A stretch of DNA of 64,000 nt. Source: Clostridia bacterium (GTDB lineage Bacteria; Bacillota; Clostridia; UBA1381; UMGS1253). Position 1 is the stretch's first letter. The number at the start of each line of letters is the position of its first letter. Location of the stretch: NCBI GenBank assembly GCA_045652745.1, contig JAZRUW010000015.1, forward strand, positions 3,120 through 67,119, written 5' to 3'. The position numbers were made by a program, and so were the translations under genes. The notes below the pieces were generated by a model. That model was not told where the DNA came from. It saw only the letters and a program-made list of their open reading frames with translations, and searched no databases. Of this stretch, positions 9,396 to 18,244 are shown in pieces.

Positions 9396-9608
9396 TCTGA
9401 AAGGTAAATTTTGCACAATACTTCGTTGGCATCCTCGCGCATATAAGAATATAGCGCTGTGGTGCGCCTCGTCTTGCATCAAAATTTCCTCTTTCAGCAG
9501 ATGCAAGATGGTTTGCCGCCGTTTGCGCCTGGTACTGCATCCAAATTTCATAAGGCAAGTTTGAGACTGAGGGATTGTAATATTAAACAAAGAAAGGGAG
9601 GTTTTCGT

Positions 9609-10616
9609 ATGAAAAGATCGTTTATTCCGGACGGCTATGTACCGCCGCTGGACGATTATGATATGCAAAGAGCGATTGAAAGCGTTAAGTCGGTATTCCA
9701 GAAGGAGTTTGCCGAGGCGCTGAATTTAAAGCGCGTTTCTGCGCCGCTGTTTGTAACGGAAAGCTCCGGCTTAAATGATAACTTAACCGGTTCCGAGCGT
9801 CCGGTATCCTTTGATATTCCGGCGGTAGGCAAGGATGCGCAGATTGTGCAATCGCTTGCCAAGTGGAAGAGATTGGCATTAAAACGCTATAACTTCACCG
9901 TGGGCAAGGGTCTTTACACCGATATGAATGCGATTCGCCGTGATGAAGACTTAGATAATATCCATTCCATCTATGTAGACCAATGGGATTGGGAAAAGAT
10001 TATTCCGCGCGAAAAGCGCACGCTTGACTATTTAAAGAAAGTGGTAACTGCGATTGTAGAGGCGATTTGCGAAACCTGTGACCAGCTGCACGCAAAGTAT
10101 CCGCAACTGAAGACCTCGCTTTCCCGTGATGTGAAATTTATCACCTCGCAGGAGCTTGAGGATATGTATCCGCACATGACCGGACACGAAAGAGAAAATG
10201 CATATACCAAGGAGCACAAGACCGTATTTATCATGCAAATCGGCGAAAAACTGCGTTCGGGCAAGCCGCACGATAACAGAGCGCCGGACTATGACGACTG
10301 GCAGTTAAACGGCGATTTGCTGTTCTGGAATGAACCGCTCGATGCGGCGCTGGAGATTTCGTCGATGGGTATTCGCGTAGATGCGCAGTCGCTCGATTAC
10401 CAGCTCAATGCGGCAAATTGCAATGACCGTCGTGAATTGGAATTCCACCGTATGCTTTTAAATGATGAGCTTCCGCTCACCATCGGCGGCGGCATCGGAC
10501 AGTCGCGTCTTTGTATGCTGATGATTGGCTGTGCGCACATCGGTGAGGTGCAGTCGAGTATCTGGGATGCGCATACCGTGCAGCTTTGCCAAAGATGTGG
10601 CGTAAAGTTATTATAA
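9609..10616 (+). CDS. asnA: aspartate--ammonia ligase (asparagine synthetase A)
   Basis: ATG at 9609 follows AAGGGAGG. AsnA-type sequence (RVSAPLFV..SGLNDNL ... GGGIGQSRLCM), 335 aa. The upstream in-frame extension from 9459 was rejected. Confidence 0.9.
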   Translation: MKRSFIPDGYVPPLDDYDMQRAIESVKSVFQKEFAEALNLKRVSAPLFVTESSGLNDNLTGSERPVSFDIPAVGKDAQIVQSLAKWKRLALKRYNFTVGKGLYTDMNAIRRDEDLDNIHSIYVDQWDWEKIIPREKRTLDYLKKVVTAIVEAICETCDQLHAKYPQLKTSLSRDVKFITSQELEDMYPHMTGHERENAYTKEHKTVFIMQIGEKLRSGKPHDNRAPDYDDWQLNGDLLFWNEPLDAALEISSMGIRVDAQSLDYQLNAANCNDRRELEFHRMLLNDELPLTIGGGIGQSRLCMLMIGCAHIGEVQSSIWDAHTVQLCQRCGVKLL

Positions 10617-10632
10617 ACGATACAGTGACTTG

Positions 10633-10676
10633 AAGACGTATCAAAACAAACACCTTTTGTTTTGATACGTCTTTTC
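10633..10676 (+). terminator. intrinsic terminator after asnA
   Basis: An 18-bp stem AAGACGTATCAAAACAAA/TTTGTTTTGATACGTCTT followed by TTC. Confidence 0.85.
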
Positions 10677-10695
10677 ATAAAAAGGAGATGGATTT

Positions 10696-11487
10696 ATGAG
10701 CACACTCAAAGAGAAAAAACTGTTTTTGCTGGATATGGACGGCACAATTTATTTAGACAACGATTTGTTTGACGGCACACTTGAATTTCTGGAGTATGTA
10801 AAGTCCATCGGCGGCAGATATATTTTTTTGACGAACAATTCATCCAAAGGTACGGATAAGTACGTAGAAAAACTTGCAAAGCTCGGTATCACGGCAACCG
10901 ATGCGGATTTTCTGACTTCGGTGCACGCGACGGTGGTGCATTTGCAGGCGAAAAACTACAAAAAGATTTATGCCTTCGGTACAAAATCTTTTGTCGGTCA
11001 GCTTGCGGCGGCAGGTCTGCCTGTAACGGACAGCCTGCAAGACGATATTGATTGTCTTTGTATGGGGTATGATACGGAAATGACGTATCAGAAACTCGAA
11101 GATGCGTGTATTCTTTTGGGCAGGGGTGTGGATTATATCGCAACCAATCCGGATTGGGTGTGCCCGACGTGGTACGGCTTTGTGCCGGATTGCGGATCGG
11201 TGAGCGAGATGCTTTTTAATGCAACGAAGCGCCGTCCGATTTTCATAGGAAAGCCGCAGCCTGCGATGGTGGAGCTGGCGCTTGCCAAAACCGGATATAA
11301 AAAAGAAGAGGCGGTCGTTATCGGTGACCGACTCTATACAGATATTGCCTGCGGCGTGAATGCCGGCATCAGCAGTATTTTTGTGCTTTCCGGCGAAGGT
11401 ACGATGGAAGATTTGGAAAGAAGCGAGGAAAAGCCGGAGTTTGTTTATGACAACATCCGTGCAATTCTTGAGGATTTGAAAAATTAA
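10696..11487 (+). CDS. HAD-IIA family sugar-phosphate phosphatase (NagD-like)
   Basis: Motifs LLDMDGTIY, FLTNNS, IGKP and GDRLYTDI are present. Confidence 0.8.
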   Translation: MSTLKEKKLFLLDMDGTIYLDNDLFDGTLEFLEYVKSIGGRYIFLTNNSSKGTDKYVEKLAKLGITATDADFLTSVHATVVHLQAKNYKKIYAFGTKSFVGQLAAAGLPVTDSLQDDIDCLCMGYDTEMTYQKLEDACILLGRGVDYIATNPDWVCPTWYGFVPDCGSVSEMLFNATKRRPIFIGKPQPAMVELALAKTGYKKEEAVVIGDRLYTDIACGVNAGISSIFVLSGEGTMEDLERSEEKPEFVYDNIRAILEDLKN

Positions 11488-11547
11488 AACGTTTGGGAGA
11501 AATCCGGACGCTGCGCACGTGCTTTTAATAAAAATTTTAAAAAAGTA

Positions 11548-11576
11548 TTGACAAATGCTTTTTGAGGGCATATAAT
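11548..11576 (+). promoter_or_regulatory. sigma-A promoter of the T-box leader
   Basis: TTGACA (11548-11553), 17-nt spacer, TATAAT (11571-11576). Confidence 0.75.
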
Positions 11577-11599
11577 CATTATAAATTTGAATATCACAA

Positions 11600-11866
11600 A
11601 AAGACTGTGACGAGGACGGTCGGATTGCGAAACCTTGAGAGAGTTGCCGGACGGTGCGAGGCAATGGCGGAGCTTTCCAATGACCTATCACCTCTGAGTC
11701 GAAGGACCGAAAACGAAAGTGAGTAGACTCCTTCCGTATTGCTGCGTAAAGGCAAAGGGCTTGTTGGAGCTCGGTGAGTGACGGAATAAATTTTTATTTC
11801 CGTAATTTGAGTGGTACCGCGGGTGATTATAACTCGTCTCAAAGTTTTCTTTGAGACGGGTTTTTT
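11600..11866 (+). promoter_or_regulatory. T-box leader RNA (tRNA-sensing transcription attenuator), probable AUC (Ile) specifier
   Basis: The conserved T-box sequence AATTTGAGTGGTACCGCGGG lies at 11804-11823. Stem I has a GA/K-turn (GUGACGA..CUGA), an AGAGAG bulge and a GGUGCGA distal loop. A terminator CGTCTCAAAG/CTTTGAGACG plus T6 lies at 11835-11866. The specifier loop 3' side reads U-AUC-A (AUC at 11687-11689). Confidence 0.85.
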
Positions 11867-11925
11867 GTTTTATTCAGATTTGTAACCACATATTAGATTT
11901 GTCAGAATGGAAAGGGGACAAAACC

Positions 11926-14226
11926 ATGGATTACAGTTTGAAAGAGGTAGCGGGCAGAATCGTGGAATTGCGCGAGGCAAAAGGCTACACGCAGGAAGAA
12001 CTTGCAAAACTTACCGGCGTAACGGTAGAGGATTACAAGGTTTTGGAGCAGGGCGAAACAGACTTTAGTTTTACTTTTATCTACAAATGCGCCAAGGCCT
12101 GCGGCGTAGAAGTTGTAGATTTGCTCGAAGGCACAAGTACAACGCTTAAATCGTTTGCGATTACGAGAAAAGGCGAAGGTCTTAAAATCTTAAAGAAGCA
12201 CGGCGTGGAGTATGACAACCTTGCACCGAAGTTTAAAAATAAACTTGCAGAGCCGTTCCTTGTTAAGTTTCCGTATCTGGAAGAAGAGCAGAATGCACCG
12301 ATTAAGCTGAGCTCGCATAAGGGTCAGGAATTTGACGTCATTGTCAAGGGTGCGCTCAAGGTGCAGGTAGGCAGCCACGTTGATGTTTTGCGTGAGGGTG
12401 ACTCCATTTTCTATGACAGCACCATTCCGCACGGTATGATTGCGGCAAGCGAGGGCGGCTGTGAATTTCACGCGGTTGTTTTGAATCCGCAGGACGGTCA
12501 GGTCAGCGAGGAGTATCCGGAAACGCCGTACACCGCAGTTAAAGTAGCAGATAAAAAGGCAAAGTACGAAACGGTTGCAGATAAATATGTCGAGTCTTCC
12601 TATGATGAAAACGGCGTGTTTAACGGCATCACGTTTAAAAACGAAGACAAATTTAACTTCGCGTTCGACTGTGTGGATGCGATTGCGAAAAAGAACCCCG
12701 ACAAGCTGGCGATGATGTGGGTGGCAAATGACAAGACGGACAGAAAATTCACCTTCAGCGACATGAAAAAGTATTCTGCAAAAACCGCGAACTACTTTGA
12801 ATCGCTCGGTATCAAAAAAGGCGATACGGTTATGCTTGTCTTAAAAAGACATTATCAGTTCTGGTTTAGTATGCTTGCGCTTCATAAAATCGGCGCGATT
12901 GCAATTCCGGCAACCAATCAGCTTGTAGAGCATGACTTTGATTACAGATATAAGGCGGCCAAGGTAAAAGCCATCGTTTGTACCGCAGACGGTGAGGTTT
13001 CGGATGAGGCGGAAAAGGCGGCTGCAAATTATCCGGGCATGGTGAAAGTTTTGGTTGGGGGGAAAAAAGACGGTTGGCACGATTTCAATGTGGAAATGGA
13101 GCGCTTCAGTACGCACTATTACCGCACGGAAAACACACCTTGCGGCGATGCGCCGATGCTGATGCTCTTTACATCGGGCACAACGGGATATCCGAGAATT
13201 GCAACGCATTCGTACAAATATGCACTCGGCCACTATCCGACCGCAAAGCACTGGCACAACGTAAATCCGGACGGACTCCACTTTACAATCTCCGATACCG
13301 GCTGGGGTAAGGCACTCTGGGGTAAACTTTACGGACAGTGGCTTTGCGAGGCAGGCATATTTACCTACGATTTTGACAGATTCCATTCGGAAGATATTTT
13401 GCCGATGTTTGCAAAATACAATATCACCACCTTCTGCGCTCCGCCGACGATGTACCGATTCTTTATCAAAGAAGATTTGTCCAAGTATGACCTTTCTTCG
13501 ATCGAGTATGCGACAACAGCGGGTGAAGCATTGAATCCGGAAGTGTTCAATCAGTTTAAAAAAGCAACAGGCCTTACCATTATGGAAGGCTTCGGCCAGA
13601 CGGAAACAACGCTCTCCATCGCAAACTTTGTCGGCTCCAAACCGAAAATCGGCTCCATGGGCAGACCGAGTCCGTTGTATGACGTTGTTGTTTTAGATCC
13701 GGACGGCAATGAATGCAAAACGGGCGACGCAGGTGAAATCTGCATCCGCGTCAAAGACGAAGTACCTTGCGGTCTTTTTATCGGCTACTACTTGGATGAA
13801 GAAAAAACCAAAGAAGTATGGCATGACGGTTATTACCATACCGGCGACCAGGCGACGATGGATGAAGACGGCTATTTGTGGTATGTCGGCAGAATTGATG
13901 ATGTTATCAAATCCTCCGGTTACCGCATCGGACCTTTTGAAATCGAAAGCGTTATCATGGAGCTTCCGTATGTTTTAGAGTGCGCAATCACACCGGTGCC
14001 GGATGAAGTGCGTGGTCAGATTGTAAAAGCGACTATCGTGCTTGTGAAAGGTACAGAGGGAACGGACGCACTGAAGAAGGAAATTCAGGAATATGTAAAA
14101 ACGCATACTGCGCCGTACAAATATCCGAGAATTGTCGAGTTTGTGGAAGAACTTCCGAAAACCATCAGCGGTAAAGTAAGACGTGTTGAAATCCGTAAAA
14201 ACGACTTGGAAAAATTGAATAAATAA
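11926..14226 (+). CDS. fusion protein: XRE-type HTH + cupin domain + AMP-forming medium-chain acyl-CoA synthetase
   Basis: ATG at 11926 follows GGAAAGGGG. HTH segment (GYTQEELAKLTGVTVEDYKVLEQGE), cupin segment (GDSIFYDSTIPHGM), then adenylate-forming motifs (LFTSGTTGYPR, SDTGWGKALWG, GYYHTGD, PKTISGKVRR). Confidence 0.85.
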   Translation: MDYSLKEVAGRIVELREAKGYTQEELAKLTGVTVEDYKVLEQGETDFSFTFIYKCAKACGVEVVDLLEGTSTTLKSFAITRKGEGLKILKKHGVEYDNLAPKFKNKLAEPFLVKFPYLEEEQNAPIKLSSHKGQEFDVIVKGALKVQVGSHVDVLREGDSIFYDSTIPHGMIAASEGGCEFHAVVLNPQDGQVSEEYPETPYTAVKVADKKAKYETVADKYVESSYDENGVFNGITFKNEDKFNFAFDCVDAIAKKNPDKLAMMWVANDKTDRKFTFSDMKKYSAKTANYFESLGIKKGDTVMLVLKRHYQFWFSMLALHKIGAIAIPATNQLVEHDFDYRYKAAKVKAIVCTADGEVSDEAEKAAANYPGMVKVLVGGKKDGWHDFNVEMERFSTHYYRTENTPCGDAPMLMLFTSGTTGYPRIATHSYKYALGHYPTAKHWHNVNPDGLHFTISDTGWGKALWGKLYGQWLCEAGIFTYDFDRFHSEDILPMFAKYNITTFCAPPTMYRFFIKEDLSKYDLSSIEYATTAGEALNPEVFNQFKKATGLTIMEGFGQTETTLSIANFVGSKPKIGSMGRPSPLYDVVVLDPDGNECKTGDAGEICIRVKDEVPCGLFIGYYLDEEKTKEVWHDGYYHTGDQATMDEDGYLWYVGRIDDVIKSSGYRIGPFEIESVIMELPYVLECAITPVPDEVRGQIVKATIVLVKGTEGTDALKKEIQEYVKTHTAPYKYPRIVEFVEELPKTISGKVRRVEIRKNDLEKLNK

Positions 14227-14344
14227 TATGAAAAGACGGGCGTTTTTAAAACGTTCGTCTTTTTTGTGCATATTTTGTATTGAAATGAATATCGTTTTGT
14301 GATATAGTATACGCTGTAGATTTTTGGGAATTGAGGTAAAACGT

Positions 14345-15721
14345 ATGTTAAAAAAATTATTTGGCCCACAGGATATGCTGACGGGCGCACCGTGGAAAGG
14401 CATCGTGTCTTTTACACTGCCGATGCTCCTCGGTAACATTGCGCAACAACTTTACAGCACAGTAGACAGCATCGTGGTCGGCAAGTATGTCGGCGATAAC
14501 GCCTTGGCAGCCGTTGGCTCGGCGATGCCGATTTTAAATTTGCTTTTGGTGCTCTTTATCGGTATTTCCGCGGGTGCGAGCATCATGGTATCGCAGTATT
14601 TCGGGGCAAAAAACCGCGAAAGCTTATCAAAAACCATCGGTAACTGTATCACCGTAACGCTGATTGCCTGTGTGGGGCTGGTTGTGATTGCTCTGCCGTT
14701 TATCTGGCCGCTTCTGCGTATGTTAAACACGCCGGAGAGTATCATCGCCGATTGCGCAGGTTACCTGACGATTTCTTTGGTGGGTATTGCAGGTCTTGCG
14801 TATTACAATATTTTGTCGGGTATCATCCGTGGTATGGGTGACTCGGTATCTGTGTTGATTTATCTTTTGGTAGCAACCGTAATTAACATTGTACTCGATA
14901 TTTATTTTGTGGCATCCCTCGGCATGGGTGTGCCGGGTGTGGCATTGGCGACGGTAATTGCGCAGGCGATTTCCTCCGTACTCTGTTTAATCAAACTGTC
15001 GAGAATGCGTGAGCATTTTGACTTTAAGTTCAAATATTTAAAACCGGCCGGCGAATATGTAAAAACACTCGTTAGGCTCGGTCTTCCGTCCGGTGCGACG
15101 CAGGCAATTATGTCTTCTGCCATGATTATCGTGCAGTCGCTGACCAACCAGTTCGGTGAGCAGTTTATTGCCGCAAACATCATCATTATGCGTGTCGACG
15201 GCTTTGCCATGATGCCGAACTTTTCCTTCGGCATGGCATTGACGACCTATGCAGGCCAGAATGTCGGTGCAGGTCTTTATGACCGCGTTACGCAAGGCGC
15301 AAAGCAGGGCACATGGATTGCGGTGGCTTGTTCCGCAGTGATTACGGGTATTATTTTGCTGTTCGGTAAAGGCTTGATGGGACTGTTTACGGACACGAAA
15401 GAATTGGTGGATTTAAGTTATAATCTCATGAAAATTCTGGCGGTCGGCTATATTGCCATGGCGGTGACGCAGAGCTTGTCGGGCATCATGCGCGGCGCAG
15501 GCGACACCGTAACGCCGATGTGGATTTCTTTAATCACAACTGTATTTTTGCGTATCCCGTTTGCTTACGGTATTTCTTGGGCGACCAGAACGCCGGAATT
15601 GCCGCATGGTCAGAGCGTATGTATTCAGATTTCGCTTTTGATTACCTGGGTACTCGGTGCAGTCATCACGGCAATCTTTTATGCCCGTGGTAAGTGGAAG
15701 GATAAAGCAATTGCAAAATAA
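14345..15721 (+). CDS. MATE-family efflux transporter
   Basis: ATG at 14345 follows GAGGTAA. Twelve-TM-like profile with a MATE N-terminus (FTLPMLLGNIAQQLYSTVDSIVVGKYVG). Confidence 0.8.
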   Translation: MLKKLFGPQDMLTGAPWKGIVSFTLPMLLGNIAQQLYSTVDSIVVGKYVGDNALAAVGSAMPILNLLLVLFIGISAGASIMVSQYFGAKNRESLSKTIGNCITVTLIACVGLVVIALPFIWPLLRMLNTPESIIADCAGYLTISLVGIAGLAYYNILSGIIRGMGDSVSVLIYLLVATVINIVLDIYFVASLGMGVPGVALATVIAQAISSVLCLIKLSRMREHFDFKFKYLKPAGEYVKTLVRLGLPSGATQAIMSSAMIIVQSLTNQFGEQFIAANIIIMRVDGFAMMPNFSFGMALTTYAGQNVGAGLYDRVTQGAKQGTWIAVACSAVITGIILLFGKGLMGLFTDTKELVDLSYNLMKILAVGYIAMAVTQSLSGIMRGAGDTVTPMWISLITTVFLRIPFAYGISWATRTPELPHGQSVCIQISLLITWVLGAVITAIFYARGKWKDKAIAK

Positions 15722-15723
15722 TA

Positions 15724-15761
15724 AAAAAGTTTGTTCCCGGAGAGCGGGAACAAACTTTTTT
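15724..15761. terminator. bidirectional intrinsic terminator between convergent genes
   Basis: AAAAAGTTTGTTCCCG/CGGGAACAAACTTTTTT, with A/T runs on both sides. Confidence 0.85.
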
Positions 15762-15779
15762 CGTTTTGCCTCTTTTGGA

Positions 15780-16631
15780 TTAAAATAATAATGCAATAAA
15801 TATGCCAGCAAGCACAATGGCGGTGCAAAACAGTTTGTAGACAATGTGTTTTTCTTTGAAAATCAGCCAGCCGGACAGTACCGTAACCACAACGGAGGAT
15901 TGCTTGATGATGGTCATTAACGTGACCTGACTGTTGGGGTCGGCATTGGCCTCAAACAAAAGACGATCGCCGAACACCAGCGACAGGCTCATAATCGGAA
16001 TCCAGTAGTTTGTTTTGATGCTTTTTACCGAAATTTTCTCTTTGCGCACAAGCAAAATGCAGCCGTAGATGAGCGCAGAAAAAAGCATAAACCAAAACTG
16101 CAACTGTGCGGAGGTCATATACTGCATCAAAATTTTATCCATTGTGCCGGAAACGGCATTGAAAAAGCAGTTTAAAAGTGCCGCCGTCAGTGTAACTGCG
16201 GTTACACCCTTGGCCGAGGTGCTCTTTTTTAAATTCACTAAGAGCAAACCGACAATAACAAGCGAAAGACCGATGTATTTTGCGGTAGTCATCTGCTCGC
16301 CGAGCACGAACACGCCGAGCAACGTTGAAAATACCACACGTGACAAATCCATAATACCGTACAGGCTGACGGTCATGGCCTTGAGTGCCCAGAGCGCAAA
16401 CAGCCAGGCGGCGGAAACGGCGCAGGCTTTTACAAAAGACCAGAAAATAAAAGCCGGTGCAACCGAGAATGCGCCTTGGGAAAACGGCAAGGTTAAAATA
16501 AAACCGATCAGCGTGTAGAAAAACAGAATTTCATTTGAACTGCTCTTTTTGAGCGCCGCCTTTTTCATGCCGTCGCGTGAGCCCTTTAATAAACTGTATA
16601 TCACAATATAAAGAATCCATAAATATTGCAT
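15780..16631 (-). CDS. EamA/DMT-family transporter
   Basis: ATG at 16631 follows GGGGTGA; the track start at 16646 is a TTG. Ten-TM-like duplicated EamA profile. Confidence 0.7.
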   Translation of the reverse strand: MQYLWILYIVIYSLLKGSRDGMKKAALKKSSSNEILFFYTLIGFILTLPFSQGAFSVAPAFIFWSFVKACAVSAAWLFALWALKAMTVSLYGIMDLSRVVFSTLLGVFVLGEQMTTAKYIGLSLVIVGLLLVNLKKSTSAKGVTAVTLTAALLNCFFNAVSGTMDKILMQYMTSAQLQFWFMLFSALIYGCILLVRKEKISVKSIKTNYWIPIMSLSLVFGDRLLFEANADPNSQVTLMTIIKQSSVVVTVLSGWLIFKEKHIVYKLFCTAIVLAGIFIALLF

Positions 16632-16734
16632 AATTTCACCCCACAAAGAGGTATTGTACTACGCATGAAAGAAAAAATCAAGATTTGTTTACTTTTTCAT
16701 TCAGATGTGCTATAATGGTTCACGGTGATAAAAA

Positions 16735-16923
16735 ATGGCGGACAAAAAGAAAATTACACAGTGTGAAAGCTGTGCGTATTACGATTATGATGACGAGATG
16801 GATGCGTATATTTGTCTTGTCAATTTCGATGAAGACGAAATGGTGAGTATGTTCGGTGCACATCGTTGTTGTCCGTACTATCGGTTCTATGACGAATATA
16901 AAATGGTTCAAAAACAGAATTGA
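16735..16923 (+). CDS. small Cys-rich protein (62 aa), function unknown
   Basis: Contains CESC ... C ... CC spacing plus an acidic/aromatic composition. Sits directly upstream of the M20 peptidase gene. Confidence 0.5.
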   Translation: MADKKKITQCESCAYYDYDDEMDAYICLVNFDEDEMVSMFGAHRCCPYYRFYDEYKMVQKQN

Positions 16924-16935
16924 GGAGAAAAAGAA

Positions 16936-18072
16936 ATGGAAAAATTATTTGCAGCAGTAGATGCACTCAATGAAGAATATATAAAAATATGGGAAGATGT
17001 ATGTAACATTGAAAGCCCGACAAAATACAAGGCGGGCGTAGATGCGGTGTGCAAATATTTTTGTGACCTTGCCCGTAAGCGTGGCTGGAAGGTGGAAGAA
17101 TATACGCAGGAGACATTGGGTAACTATGCGTGTATCACCTTAAATCCGGATGCAACGGGGCAAGCATTTTCTTTGAGCGGACATATGGATACCGTGCAGG
17201 AGGTCGGCTCCTGCGGCACGCCGGCGGTGCGCATTGAGGGCGGAAAAATTTTCGGCCCCGGCGTAGTAGACTGCAAAGGCGGTATTGTGGCAGGCCTTCT
17301 GGCGATGGACGCGCTTGACAAGTGTGGTTTTCGTGCACGTCCCGTGCATATGATTTTGCAAAGTGACGAGGAGACAAGCAGTCAAGGAAAGGGGATTTCT
17401 TTGATGCTTGAAAAAGGAAAAGAGTCGGTTGCGTTTATCAATCTGGAAGGGCATACCGAGGGCAAAGTTTGTTTGCAAAGAAAAGGCATCCGTACGTTTA
17501 CATTCACGGTACACGGCGTAGAAGGGCATGCCGCTCAATGCGCAAAAATCGGTGCCAATGCGATTGCGGAGGCGGCGTCTAAAATTCTGGAGATTGAAAA
17601 AATCAAGGACCATGACGGTATTACTTGCTGTACAAGCCTTATCAGCGGCGGCACAACTGCCAACACCATACCGGGACAGTGCGAGTTTAAAGTAAATGTC
17701 CGTTTTGCAACGGCCGAGCAGGAAAAATGGATTTGTACGCGTATGCAGGAAATTGCGGATATGGTTACAATCCCGGGTTGCAAGACGACATTGAGTCATC
17801 CTGCGGGCAGACCGGCTATGGAACTGGTGGATAGAAATCTTGTGTTTTTTGAAACTTTAAATACAATTTGGGAAACTTGCGGTCTTTCACGCATGGAGTA
17901 CAATATGCGCCAAGGCGGTTCGGATGCGGCGCAGATTACGGCGGCCGGCATTCCGTGCATCGACAATCTGGGGGCAGCGGGCGGTAAAATTCACACGATT
18001 TACGAGTACGGCGAATTAGACAGTCTGGCGGCAATGGCCAAACGTATGGCGGCGGCAATCTGGAATATTTGA
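16936..18072 (+). CDS. M20-family metallopeptidase (carboxypeptidase G2 / ArgE-DapE-like)
   Basis: RBS GAGGAG. Motifs SGHMDTV, GVVDCKGG and SDEETSS are present. Confidence 0.8.
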   Translation: MEKLFAAVDALNEEYIKIWEDVCNIESPTKYKAGVDAVCKYFCDLARKRGWKVEEYTQETLGNYACITLNPDATGQAFSLSGHMDTVQEVGSCGTPAVRIEGGKIFGPGVVDCKGGIVAGLLAMDALDKCGFRARPVHMILQSDEETSSQGKGISLMLEKGKESVAFINLEGHTEGKVCLQRKGIRTFTFTVHGVEGHAAQCAKIGANAIAEAASKILEIEKIKDHDGITCCTSLISGGTTANTIPGQCEFKVNVRFATAEQEKWICTRMQEIADMVTIPGCKTTLSHPAGRPAMELVDRNLVFFETLNTIWETCGLSRMEYNMRQGGSDAAQITAAGIPCIDNLGAAGGKIHTIYEYGELDSLAAMAKRMAAAIWNI

Positions 18073-18244
18073 AGAAAACATATACAAAAAACCTTGCAAA
18101 AAGCAAAGAGAAAAAGCAATGAAATTTCATTGCTTTTTCTTTGCCGAAAATTAGTTGACTTTTACAAAAATGGTGGTATAATAAGCCTTGTGCGTTTATT
18201 TGCATATATTATGATAGGTACATTTTTTCTTTGGGGGAATATAC

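Noticed and set aside
9459-9608. In-frame N-terminal extension of asnA, and a possible T-box upstream of asnA (UGGUAC-like string at about 9528)
   Set aside because: A strong RBS and start at 9609 give a full-length AsnA. The upstream region lacks the full T-box consensus, a Stem I AG/GA grammar, and a U-tailed terminator. Only small alternative TGCATC/GATGCA pairings are visible.
10840-11691. 283-aa minus-strand ORF opposite the HAD-IIA gene. The same applies to similar long antisense ORFs at 7126-7809, 17140-17799, 20244-20930, 24497-25165, 25232-26020, 32451-33308, 38219-38800, 44927-45640 and 47434-48270.
   Set aside because: Each lies antisense to a gene with clear family motifs. They have Arg/Cys/His-rich low-complexity translations typical of shadow frames and no RBS.
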